A stretch of 25,040 bases of DNA from Candidatus Thorarchaeota archaeon. GTDB lineage: Archaea; Asgardarchaeota; Thorarchaeia; Thorarchaeales; Thorarchaeaceae. The stretch's first letter is position 1. Each line of letters begins with the position of its first letter. Below the pieces are notes generated by a model, which worked only from the letters and a program-made list of their open reading frames with translations, searched no databases and was not told the DNA's origin. A program made the position numbers and the translations under genes. Of this stretch, positions 15,437 to 23,610 are shown one piece after another. Where the stretch lies: the NCBI GenBank assembly GCA_048882045.1, contig JBHLRZ010000031.1:15675-40714 (forward strand), given 5' to 3'.

Positions 15437-16555
15437 ATGAAGAGAGGTGGTGTTGCAGACCTCAAACTGCATCCAGGAAGAGCCCCCCACTGGCTTGTAA
15501 AGAGAATGATTCCAATGGCTAGTACTCTGTGTGAGTGCATTGTAGAAGAATATGGAACTTCTGAACTCCTGAAGAGGCTCGCAGACCCCGTGTGGTTTCA
15601 GGCATTGTCGAATGTTCTTGGTTATGATTGGGACAGTTCAGGTTCTACCACCGTGACCTGTGGTGTGTTGAAATCAGCGCTCAATTTTGAAAAGCATAGA
15701 ATCATGGGAGTCGGAGGCAAAGGGGCAGCTTCGAGAAAGGTCCCAGAGCGATTAAGAGTTCTTGAGGACTACGGACTCGATGCTCTTCGAATGATTGACA
15801 TCAGCAAAGCTGTGGCGAAGGTCGACAATGCTGGGATACAGGATGGATATCAGCTCTACCAGCATGTGTTCTTTGTGGATTCTGAAGAGAACTGGACCGT
15901 TGTCCAACAGGGTATGGACTACAACGGTGACGATGCAAGAAGATATCATTGGACGTCTTTCCAGACTGACAGCTTCATCGAGGAACCTCACTCGGGATTG
16001 ATTTCGGGGAAAGTGAAGGAATCAGCTCTCGACATGACTTCGCGCGAATCAGCTGACTGCCGGAAGACATCACTGGACATCGTCAAAGAGGATCCAGTCA
16101 GAGTCAGGAGATATTTTGAGGATGTGAAATCATATGGAGAGTCAACACTTCTTCCTTGGATCGAGGGAAGTGGAGATCATCAGAACCTGCCTTCATACAA
16201 GGTAGTTCCTACTCGAATGGACTGGAATGCTGTACGACGTGCATATGAAACTCAGCCAGAGGACTATGAAGGGCTTCTCTTTATGGATGGCATAGGTCCA
16301 GCTACTGTCCGTGGGCTCTCACTCATCTCTGAAATGATATTTGGATCGCCACCCTCATGGGCAGATCCGGTGAGAATGTGTTTCGCATTTGGTGGGAAAG
16401 ATGGAGTACCATTCCCAGTCCCACGTAAGGACTATGACAAAGCAATCGAGTTCATGGAACTAGCCTTGAATGATGCCAAAATGGGGCGACAAGACAAAGT
16501 TCTGGGTTTGAAGAGACTCAGAAAGTTTGCACCACCGACACTTGTTGCGAGCTAA
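15437..16555 (+). CDS. DUF763 domain protein
   Basis: ADLKLHPGRAPHWL, WDSSGSTT, AKVDNAGIQDGYQLY, VVQQGM, ARRYHW, GIGPATVRGL (HhH-like) and FAFGGKDGVPFPV. Confidence 0.92.
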   Translation: MKRGGVADLKLHPGRAPHWLVKRMIPMASTLCECIVEEYGTSELLKRLADPVWFQALSNVLGYDWDSSGSTTVTCGVLKSALNFEKHRIMGVGGKGAASRKVPERLRVLEDYGLDALRMIDISKAVAKVDNAGIQDGYQLYQHVFFVDSEENWTVVQQGMDYNGDDARRYHWTSFQTDSFIEEPHSGLISGKVKESALDMTSRESADCRKTSLDIVKEDPVRVRRYFEDVKSYGESTLLPWIEGSGDHQNLPSYKVVPTRMDWNAVRRAYETQPEDYEGLLFMDGIGPATVRGLSLISEMIFGSPPSWADPVRMCFAFGGKDGVPFPVPRKDYDKAIEFMELALNDAKMGRQDKVLGLKRLRKFAPPTLVAS

Positions 16556-16611
16556 GCTATTGTATAGTTATACCGAAGGAATCAAGTTACGTATTATGTC
16601 AATTGGGTCCT

Positions 16612-17424
16612 ATGTTTGAAGTAGAACAATACAACAAAGATGTGACTCTTGTCAAGACCGCAACTGCAATGGAGGATGGAAAACCTATCATGTGGGCCAT
16701 TGCTTACCTCATTGAAGACACTCTATTTGATGCAGGGTGCGCAAATGCTCTTGAGGACATGGAGAAGTTTGCAACCAACACCGTAGTCAACCGGATCTAT
16801 GTGAGTCACGCACATGAGGACCATTTTGGAGGTTGTTCTGCTTTTGGACCAGGTACAACGATATACGCCATGGAATCTGACATTGAACTCCTCGAGAATC
16901 CAATAACTATTCCAGAGTTCTTTGACTTTGTATGGGGACAGCCAAAACCTTTGGCAAATGTTGAGAAGATGCCCCTAAAGTTCAACGTTGGAAAGTTCGA
17001 CTTTGAGGTGGTTCCACTCCCAGGTCATGGGCAACAGATGGTCGGATTCTATGAGCCAAACAGAAAGTGGTTATTTTCAGCGGATGCAGTTCCAGTTCCA
17101 TCTCGAAAAGTAATAGGAATGCCCGACGAGAATATTCCAGTCATGGTTGAAACCCTAGAGAGGATAGCGGGAATGGACATCGATATCCTCTTCGATGCTC
17201 ACAGAGGTCCAATCACATCACCTAGGGAACATATCCGAGTGAGGATAGATTTTCTCAAAGACATTCAGAAGAAGATTCACCAACTCTACCAGGAGGGCAA
17301 GACAGTTCCCGAGATTCAGGATGTATTGGGTCTCGACGGACCATGGTATCTCGACCTCACAACTGGGAGATTTGGAATAGACATCTTCCTTAATTCAGTG
17401 CTGTTTGACAAAGCAGAAAAGTGA
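16612..17424 (+). CDS. MBL-fold metallo-hydrolase
   Basis: SHAHEDH, PGH, FSAD and DAH metal-binding motifs. ATG 16612 preferred over TTG 16603. Confidence 0.9.
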   Translation: MFEVEQYNKDVTLVKTATAMEDGKPIMWAIAYLIEDTLFDAGCANALEDMEKFATNTVVNRIYVSHAHEDHFGGCSAFGPGTTIYAMESDIELLENPITIPEFFDFVWGQPKPLANVEKMPLKFNVGKFDFEVVPLPGHGQQMVGFYEPNRKWLFSADAVPVPSRKVIGMPDENIPVMVETLERIAGMDIDILFDAHRGPITSPREHIRVRIDFLKDIQKKIHQLYQEGKTVPEIQDVLGLDGPWYLDLTTGRFGIDIFLNSVLFDKAEK

Positions 17425-17445
17425 AGAAAACAAGGGAGTAACACC

Positions 17446-17751
17446 ATGCTCGAACTCGCAATGATTGGAGTCATTGTCTTTCTCATTATAATTGCTCCTT
17501 TCATTCCCTCTCTGGTCATTGATATGATAGGTCAGTTTCTTTTAGCCAGACCGGATGACGTTGAAGGATGGGTTTACTATGGATCATTGTTGGAGAAGAG
17601 AGGACATGATGAAGCTGCGGCCGCTGCATATCGGGCTGCAATCAAGTTGCTTCCAAACTACAGAGACGCTTGGTTGAAACTAGCAGGAGTTCTTACAAAG
17701 TTAGGAGATTTTCCAGGCGCTGATGAAGCATTCCGATTTGGTAACATGTAG
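17446..17751 (+). CDS. Small membrane-anchored TPR protein
   Basis: Hydrophobic N-terminal segment followed by about two TPR units (GWVYYGSLL...AYRAAIKLLP; AWLKLAGVL...GDFPGA). Confidence 0.75.
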   Translation: MLELAMIGVIVFLIIIAPFIPSLVIDMIGQFLLARPDDVEGWVYYGSLLEKRGHDEAAAAAYRAAIKLLPNYRDAWLKLAGVLTKLGDFPGADEAFRFGNM

Positions 17752-17752
17752 A

Positions 17753-18907
17753 CTACGTTCTGCGATTCGTCTTTTTTCTTCGTCGCTCATGTCTGTCTGA
17801 GAAACGACGTTGTTGTTTCTCCTGCTCACGTTGTTCTTTGACAGCCTTCTTCACCCGTGAGCAGTTTATGCGAGCCGCTCGACCAAGTGCTGTTACCCTA
17901 TCTGACTCAGTTGTATTGCCTGCCTTCTTGTAGAGCTTCCTTGCTTTCTCCCAGGCTTCTTCAGCAGTACAGAAGTCATCGAGCCTAGCATATGCAGTTG
18001 CCTTTGCATCATACATGTCTGGATCATCCTTCACCAGTGACACATATCCGGAGAATGCATTAGCTGCATCCTCCCACTCCTCCAATTCCATGGAAACAAG
18101 TCCGAGGTTTCTCATGGCTGTTGGATAGTCACGCTTTCTGATGAGGGCTCTTCGGAGGTGTTTGACCGCGTCACTCAACTTCCCGTCCTTATAGCAGACC
18201 ATACCCATAGTATTCTCCACTGTTGCGTTCTCAGGATCGAGTTCGGACGCTTTCTTCAATGCCTTCATCGCAGACCTGTGCTTACCGGCTCTCAGGTTTA
18301 CATCACCCTGAATGAGCCAAGCCTCAGGATTATCAGGATCTAATTTCGTCGCGGTTTCGGAGGACTTGATTGCATCCCTCCATCGTTCCAGCATTGCTAG
18401 TGCGATTGCCCGACGAATGTAGGCAGGGACAATGTCATCCTTTAGAGCGATTGCTTTATCGTAGCAAACGACAGCAGGGTCAAAGTTTCCGAGTTCCAAT
18501 TGAATGTCCCCGATACGAACCCAGATGCCCCATTCGTTTGGCAAGAGTTCACTCATCTGTTGGTATGACACCAATTCGTCAGCCGTTCTTCCAAGGGCAT
18601 GTAGTGCCATAGCTTTATCACGTAGAATCTCAACATCATCAGGCGTCTGGTCCAGTGCCTTCTCGATTGATTTTAGAGCATCACCAGCTTTGTCTGGCCC
18701 AAGCGCAAGAAGGACTCTTCCTCGGTTGGCGTGAGCTATGGTGAGGTCGGGTTGTAGACCCAGGGCGCGGTCAAGACAACGAATTGCCTCCCCAAACTCT
18801 CGCTTCTGGGCATGGAAGACACCTTTTGCATTCCATGCAGAAGCATCATCTGGATTGCTCTCTAGATGCTTTTCTACTGCCCTAAGGGAGTCGTCAACCG
18901 GGTCCAT
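17753..18907 (-). CDS. Multi-TPR repeat protein with a basic C-terminal tail
   Basis: Tandem 34-aa TPR units (AWNAKG, AHANRG, IWVRIG, AWLIQG, AMRNLG and others). Start uncertain (18907 or 18925). Confidence 0.9.
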   Translation of the reverse strand: MDPVDDSLRAVEKHLESNPDDASAWNAKGVFHAQKREFGEAIRCLDRALGLQPDLTIAHANRGRVLLALGPDKAGDALKSIEKALDQTPDDVEILRDKAMALHALGRTADELVSYQQMSELLPNEWGIWVRIGDIQLELGNFDPAVVCYDKAIALKDDIVPAYIRRAIALAMLERWRDAIKSSETATKLDPDNPEAWLIQGDVNLRAGKHRSAMKALKKASELDPENATVENTMGMVCYKDGKLSDAVKHLRRALIRKRDYPTAMRNLGLVSMELEEWEDAANAFSGYVSLVKDDPDMYDAKATAYARLDDFCTAEEAWEKARKLYKKAGNTTESDRVTALGRAARINCSRVKKAVKEQREQEKQQRRFSDRHERRRKKTNRRT

Positions 18908-18970
18908 AAGAAAAGTGAATGTCATACATTGAAAAGAGTTGAGTTGACTGACAATATAGTGAGGAATGTC

Positions 18971-19699
18971 ATGAAAATTGAAGGCATCAAGGCGCTGATA
19001 TTTGACCTGGGTGGGACTCTATACAGACCAGCTACAGACATGTGTGGTCTCACACGGGAGTTTCTCATAGATCTGGAGGTTGCGGAGGCCAGCTATATCT
19101 CTGATTCAGATATTATTGAAGCCACAAAAGGTCCTGATGAGTGGCTTGACACCTATATGATAGAGAATAAAGTGGATATGCATTGGGAACCCAACACAGA
19201 GGTCTGGATAGAATACGACCGGCTTCTTCTCGAATCATTTGGAATCAATGATATTGAGATTGTCAAAGAATACCAAGCAAAATGGGAAGCCTATCTGGAA
19301 ACGGCCAACCCTGAATTGATAGAGGGATGCAAGCTGTGTCTCGAGAAACTTCACGAACGTGGTTTTAGCCTTGGTGTAGCATCAAACAGGTTTGGAAACC
19401 CAAGTGAAACTCTTAGGAAGGATTCAATCCTCCACCTATTCGACGCTGTCGAGTACTCAGCAGTACCAGGATACAGAAAACCATCTCCCTACTTGTTGAT
19501 CAAAGTAGCCCAGCGATTGGGGGTGAATCCCCATGGATGTGCTTATGTTGGGAATATTGCGAAGTATGATGCTGAGGCTGCGATAAGAGCGGAGATGGTT
19601 CCAATACTCATCACATGGATAGATCCTCATGAGGACGGAACTCTGACAACTGATGCAGTCATAATAGAGCACATTGAAGATTTATTGGAGATTCTCTGA
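18971..19699 (+). CDS. HAD-superfamily hydrolase (subfamily IA-like)
   Basis: IFDLGGTLY motif I, VASN motif II, RKP motif III, YVGN...D motif IV. ATG 18971 with GAGG SD. Confidence 0.88.
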   Translation: MKIEGIKALIFDLGGTLYRPATDMCGLTREFLIDLEVAEASYISDSDIIEATKGPDEWLDTYMIENKVDMHWEPNTEVWIEYDRLLLESFGINDIEIVKEYQAKWEAYLETANPELIEGCKLCLEKLHERGFSLGVASNRFGNPSETLRKDSILHLFDAVEYSAVPGYRKPSPYLLIKVAQRLGVNPHGCAYVGNIAKYDAEAAIRAEMVPILITWIDPHEDGTLTTDAVIIEHIEDLLEIL

Positions 19700-19749
19700 T
19701 TTCACAGATGAATACCTTCATTACAATGGAGACTAGCTGAATTTGTGAA

Positions 19750-20505
19750 ATGAGATCTGGTCACCTATCTGCGATGTTGTTCTTCATGATTCTGATTATG
19801 CCAATGTTCACGCCAGTTCTTGCACAATCAAATCATTCGTTTGAATGGGGAGTAGATGAGGGAGATAGGTTCAGCTATGCACTTCAGCGGGAATACTATT
19901 CAGACCAGACTAGCCAAACGTTCATAGAAACCCAAGGAATCTTTCCATTTCTCACTGAAGTCGAACCTGGAGAAAAGATCATCCTACAAATAGAGAATCT
20001 AGAAACGATTGAAGAACAGATCAACATATCCTCACAGATTCCGCTATCCTTCTGTAGTTTTCGAAAGGAGAGCGACGATTCTCTAATCACTGGAAATCTG
20101 ACAGGCTATGTGCTTCCCGTTGGAGATTGGGAGAATCTAGAGGAACTTGAGAGTGCAACAGGACTGACCTTTGTGGAAACTCAGGATGAATGGGGAACAA
20201 TTGGGACGACTGTCATACCAGGTAGCGGAGGTAGTGATATCTCGATATATGTCGAAACGCGATATGAGAAGGAGAATGGTACACTCACCTATCTCAGACA
20301 TCGGTACACTGCCTTGGGAACAGACCTTATAGACATCGTTCTAGTACATTGGTATCCAGGAATGCCAACAGTCATTGGTGGAGAGATTCAACTAGCGACC
20401 TTACTGATAATCGCTATGAGTGGATTCACGGGAGTCATCGTTGCATTTTTGGCCTATAGATACATTAAGGGTAAGAAGTCAATTGTACAAAGACTTGGTG
20501 AGTAA
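19750..20505 (+). CDS. Secreted/surface protein with N-terminal signal peptide and C-terminal membrane anchor
   Basis: Hydrophobic N-terminus ending VLA-Q, acidic beta-rich middle with four N-x-S/T sequons, and a C-terminal TM followed by a basic tail. Confidence 0.75.
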   Translation: MRSGHLSAMLFFMILIMPMFTPVLAQSNHSFEWGVDEGDRFSYALQREYYSDQTSQTFIETQGIFPFLTEVEPGEKIILQIENLETIEEQINISSQIPLSFCSFRKESDDSLITGNLTGYVLPVGDWENLEELESATGLTFVETQDEWGTIGTTVIPGSGGSDISIYVETRYEKENGTLTYLRHRYTALGTDLIDIVLVHWYPGMPTVIGGEIQLATLLIIAMSGFTGVIVAFLAYRYIKGKKSIVQRLGE

Positions 20506-20507
20506 GA

Positions 20508-20852
20508 ATGAAACCACCAAAAGAGTTCAGAGAGATTAAGTGTGAAAGCGAAGACAGTGTAGAGAGACTCACCGTTGGTGAGATCGTCTGCTATCGATTC
20601 TCACGTCATGGTTCTGTAGGAGAGGATGCAGAATTTGAGATCGAGAATGAGGAAGTTATTGCTCACGAAAGAACGGAAACAGAATACATCCACATTGAAA
20701 AGATGAAGAAGCCGGAATGGACTGGTGGAGATGCTGAGAGGGGCATATGGTTCTTCAAGGCACTCAGACCTGGTTCAACAAGACTGACTGTTCGTATCCT
20801 CTTACGTTTTGAGGTCGAAAGTGAGTGCATAATGAAAATTGTGGTTGAGTGA
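20508..20852 (+). CDS. Hypothetical protein, chagasin / protease inhibitor I42-like Ig fold
   Basis: LTVGE...TGGD...WFFKALRPGSTRLTV resembles the I42 C-terminal consensus. GGTGAG SD overlaps the upstream stop region. Confidence 0.55.
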   Translation: MKPPKEFREIKCESEDSVERLTVGEIVCYRFSRHGSVGEDAEFEIENEEVIAHERTETEYIHIEKMKKPEWTGGDAERGIWFFKALRPGSTRLTVRILLRFEVESECIMKIVVE

Positions 20853-20853
20853 G

Positions 20854-21597
20854 CTATTTGAAACCCCAGACGAAGGAGTATCCAGCTGAGTAGGTGAGTT
20901 TCTCGCCACTGGCAAACGTATCCTGTAGCTTCTTGAGACCTCCTTCATAGTCCTCAGTGCTAATCTTGTGCAACATGGAATATCCCCGGTTTTGCACAGT
21001 TTCCAGATATTCTTCACCGAGTTGAGTCGGTCTGAAGTTGTATTCCTTTAGGACCACTTCATTGAATCCTACTGAAACCATTTGTCCCTCAATCACGCCA
21101 ACATCAGGATAACGTTCCTTATCCACTCTTGCAGAGGCTGGGAAGAACCTGGAAGTCATGCGATTCTCAATCTGCTTATGAGACTGAGTGACAATACATA
21201 GTGAACCGCACGTGTTGAGAATTCTAAAGATGTCCCTTATCGATGAGATTGGACTGGGCAGATGATGAATTACCTCTGTCATGAATACAAAATTGAAGGT
21301 ATCGGGTGCAAAGGGGAGATCATCTGCAGGTGCTTGAACTAATGGAACATACTTCATCTTCGTCCTGGCTTTTTCAAGCATCCCAAATGATATGTCAAGT
21401 CCTGTTACTCTGGCCTTTGTAGCAGCCGCAAGAAGAAGTGTGTTGTTCCCTGTGCCGCAACCAATGTCAAGGACCAGTGAATCATGCCCGAGTGTAACCC
21501 CCTTCAGAATCTGGTGGACCATCTCTGGGTCCCCCACTCGCACATTATCGTAAATCTTGGAAACCTTGTCGTAGTCAAGCGTCCTGTTGTGTTTCAT
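20854..21597 (-). CDS. Class I SAM-dependent methyltransferase (UbiE-like / Methyltransf_11)
   Basis: VLDIGCGTG, GLDISFGML, ADDLPFAPDTF and VIHHL. Confidence 0.9.
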   Translation of the reverse strand: MKHNRTLDYDKVSKIYDNVRVGDPEMVHQILKGVTLGHDSLVLDIGCGTGNNTLLLAAATKARVTGLDISFGMLEKARTKMKYVPLVQAPADDLPFAPDTFNFVFMTEVIHHLPSPISSIRDIFRILNTCGSLCIVTQSHKQIENRMTSRFFPASARVDKERYPDVGVIEGQMVSVGFNEVVLKEYNFRPTQLGEEYLETVQNRGYSMLHKISTEDYEGGLKKLQDTFASGEKLTYSAGYSFVWGFK

Positions 21598-21659
21598 CAA
21601 CAGTCTTTAGGCTACTACCACGATAAAACTATTCAGTCGGCTAGGTCCTATCCAATACG

Positions 21660-22262
21660 GTGACTCATTTGATTGAGTGGCTTAATCTGTTACTTCTAAT
21701 TGCGTGTACGATAATATCTCTGTATTATTATCTTAAGAGTGTCCAACCTGCAAGGCTGGAACAAGAGATAGGCGAGATTGCATACGAGAAATGCGAGAGG
21801 TACCGTCTCTATGCGTCAATTCCCTTTGGCATCTTCTTCATCTCATATGTGATCTATTTCTTCTATCCATTGCCTCTTCCAATCCCGAATGAATTGCCTT
21901 GGGACTATTCAATATCCATAATCCTAGCAATCATAATCGCAGTCCCATCATTTGGCTTCATGGCTATCGGTGTGAGAGCTGCAGGAGAGGAAACCTTCAG
22001 ACCAAAGAAGGAGCACAAGATGTATGGGGGGATATACAACAAAATACGACATCCGCAGTCACTTGGAGAAGTCTGGGTTGGTCATATCCTTGCACTGATT
22101 CTAAATCGCACGTTCCTATTTCTCTTCGCATTCGTCTGGTTTCCGGTCTTCTACTATATGGTTGTAGTAGAGGAACGTGACCTGGTCCTCAGATATGGAA
22201 AAGCCTACGAAGAGTATCGTGAGAGAGTAGGGATGTTCTTTCCCAAGAGGACCAAAAAATAA
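21660..22262 (+). CDS. Isoprenylcysteine carboxylmethyltransferase / PEMT family membrane methyltransferase
   Basis: Multiple TM helices, GIYNKIRHPQ, and EERDLVLRYGKAYEEYRERVGMFFP. Confidence 0.88.
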   Translation: MTHLIEWLNLLLLIACTIISLYYYLKSVQPARLEQEIGEIAYEKCERYRLYASIPFGIFFISYVIYFFYPLPLPIPNELPWDYSISIILAIIIAVPSFGFMAIGVRAAGEETFRPKKEHKMYGGIYNKIRHPQSLGEVWVGHILALILNRTFLFLFAFVWFPVFYYMVVVEERDLVLRYGKAYEEYRERVGMFFPKRTKK

Positions 22263-22330
22263 GTCCGTGAGATGGAACTGACCAATTGTAAACTCTTTTC
22301 AACTAGTTGTCTAAAGAGTAGAACTGCATT

Positions 22331-23503
22331 ATGAAAACAGATTCAATTAGATTGACAGATGTGGGCAGCTTCCCATTGGATGCAGACATCAACAGGTACC
22401 TTAAAGGAGCTCTTGAACTTGAGATGAATTCAGGAAGCATCGAAACTGACGACACTCAATACTTCATCAAAAAACATAATGAAACCTTCATTAGAAAAGC
22501 GAGAGCCCTTGGCCCAGAAAACGCAGTAACGAGCTATGCCCAATGTAGGGGAATGATATCTCAGTTTTTGCTTCCTGAGATGTACCATACTAAAGGATTC
22601 AAGGATTTTCAGATCGATGAAACTATCAGTATCAGTGATGCGCCAAAACAGGATAGTCAGACACTTGCAGCCGCCATTGCTATAGGCAAAGTTCCCTTCT
22701 CAAGTGGAAAGTCCATTTTTCCAGAAGTCTTTGCGATGCAATACGGAGCCAAAGAGATCTGTGAGGAACTTGAAATTGAGAGCATATCATTCAAGACATG
22801 CATCACTGGTCCTCTTGAGCTCTCACTTAACCTACAGAGACTGGCAGACTTTCCCCGGACATATGACGAAAAGCTGATGGAATTCTTCACCGAGGTCGTG
22901 AGAGGCTATGCCCGTAGCTCAATTATCAATACGAAGCATCTTGCCACTGGAATTGTCACATTGGATGAACCTACTCTTGGTTTTGAGGGCATGGGCGATT
23001 TCTTTACAGATTCTGTATCCGATCGAAATTTGGAGCATCTGGTTGCATGTTGGAACAAGATATACAGTGAAATTCCATCAGGCACCTACAGAGGGATTCA
23101 TCTGCACAGGTCACCATTTGAAGCGTTGTTTCAAGCAAAATGGAACCTAATAGAAGCCCATGTTGGGGTCTATGTCAAGCGCCTGTGGTTAGAGGACTAC
23201 GACAAGTTCGTCAGAGCCGCTGTCGTCAGAACTGATGGGCCGACAATTGAGGAGGGTGCTGATGTCAAGGCAAGCTGGCAGGAGATTTATTCTGGCGATT
23301 ATGAGGTCTATTTACAACCGACCTCGGAAATGGAGAAGCATCTTAGTCAGAACATTGACCTTTACGGAATTGAACGAATACCATTTGCAGGTCCTGAATG
23401 TGGGTTTGGACCTTGGGATTGGAATCATGGTCCAGAAATGGCAATTGCTACCTTAGAGAGACTGAAGGTGGTTGTGAAAGATTACAAGAAAGAGGCCACA
23501 TAG
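22331..23503 (+). CDS. Cobalamin-independent methionine synthase catalytic-domain (core) protein, MesC-like
   Basis: DVGSFP, CITGPLEL, LDEP, GIHLH and AGPECGFG motifs in a single MetE/UROD-type barrel, with no N-terminal folate-binding barrel. Confidence 0.7.
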   Translation: MKTDSIRLTDVGSFPLDADINRYLKGALELEMNSGSIETDDTQYFIKKHNETFIRKARALGPENAVTSYAQCRGMISQFLLPEMYHTKGFKDFQIDETISISDAPKQDSQTLAAAIAIGKVPFSSGKSIFPEVFAMQYGAKEICEELEIESISFKTCITGPLELSLNLQRLADFPRTYDEKLMEFFTEVVRGYARSSIINTKHLATGIVTLDEPTLGFEGMGDFFTDSVSDRNLEHLVACWNKIYSEIPSGTYRGIHLHRSPFEALFQAKWNLIEAHVGVYVKRLWLEDYDKFVRAAVVRTDGPTIEEGADVKASWQEIYSGDYEVYLQPTSEMEKHLSQNIDLYGIERIPFAGPECGFGPWDWNHGPEMAIATLERLKVVVKDYKKEAT

Positions 23504-23544
23504 CTCTGATGAGGCATCTCTTCCCTAATCCAAGTGTTGCTCGA

Positions 23545-23610
23545 CTACCCAAGTAACTTGCTCTGACCGATTCTAACAGCAATCACCTCTCCGGTTGCGC
23601 ACTCGGTTTC
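23545..23610 (-). pseudogene. 3'-terminal remnant of a probable PaaI/hotdog-fold thioesterase
   Basis: Minus strand reads ETECATGEVIAVRIGQSKLLG*, resembling the last beta-strand of PaaI-type proteins. Family assignment rests on only 21 residues. Confidence 0.4.

Noticed and set aside
18866-18970. Extended HAD N-terminus overlapping the TPR gene start
   Set aside because: HAD motif I lies just after ATG 18971, which has an SD; the extension is divergent promoter sequence.
23506-23545. CTGATGAG suggesting a hammerhead ribozyme core, or an ATGA...GA SECIS-like hairpin
   Set aside because: No GAAA follows a credible stem II, the pairing is weak, and no adjacent gene has an in-frame TGA at a Cys position.
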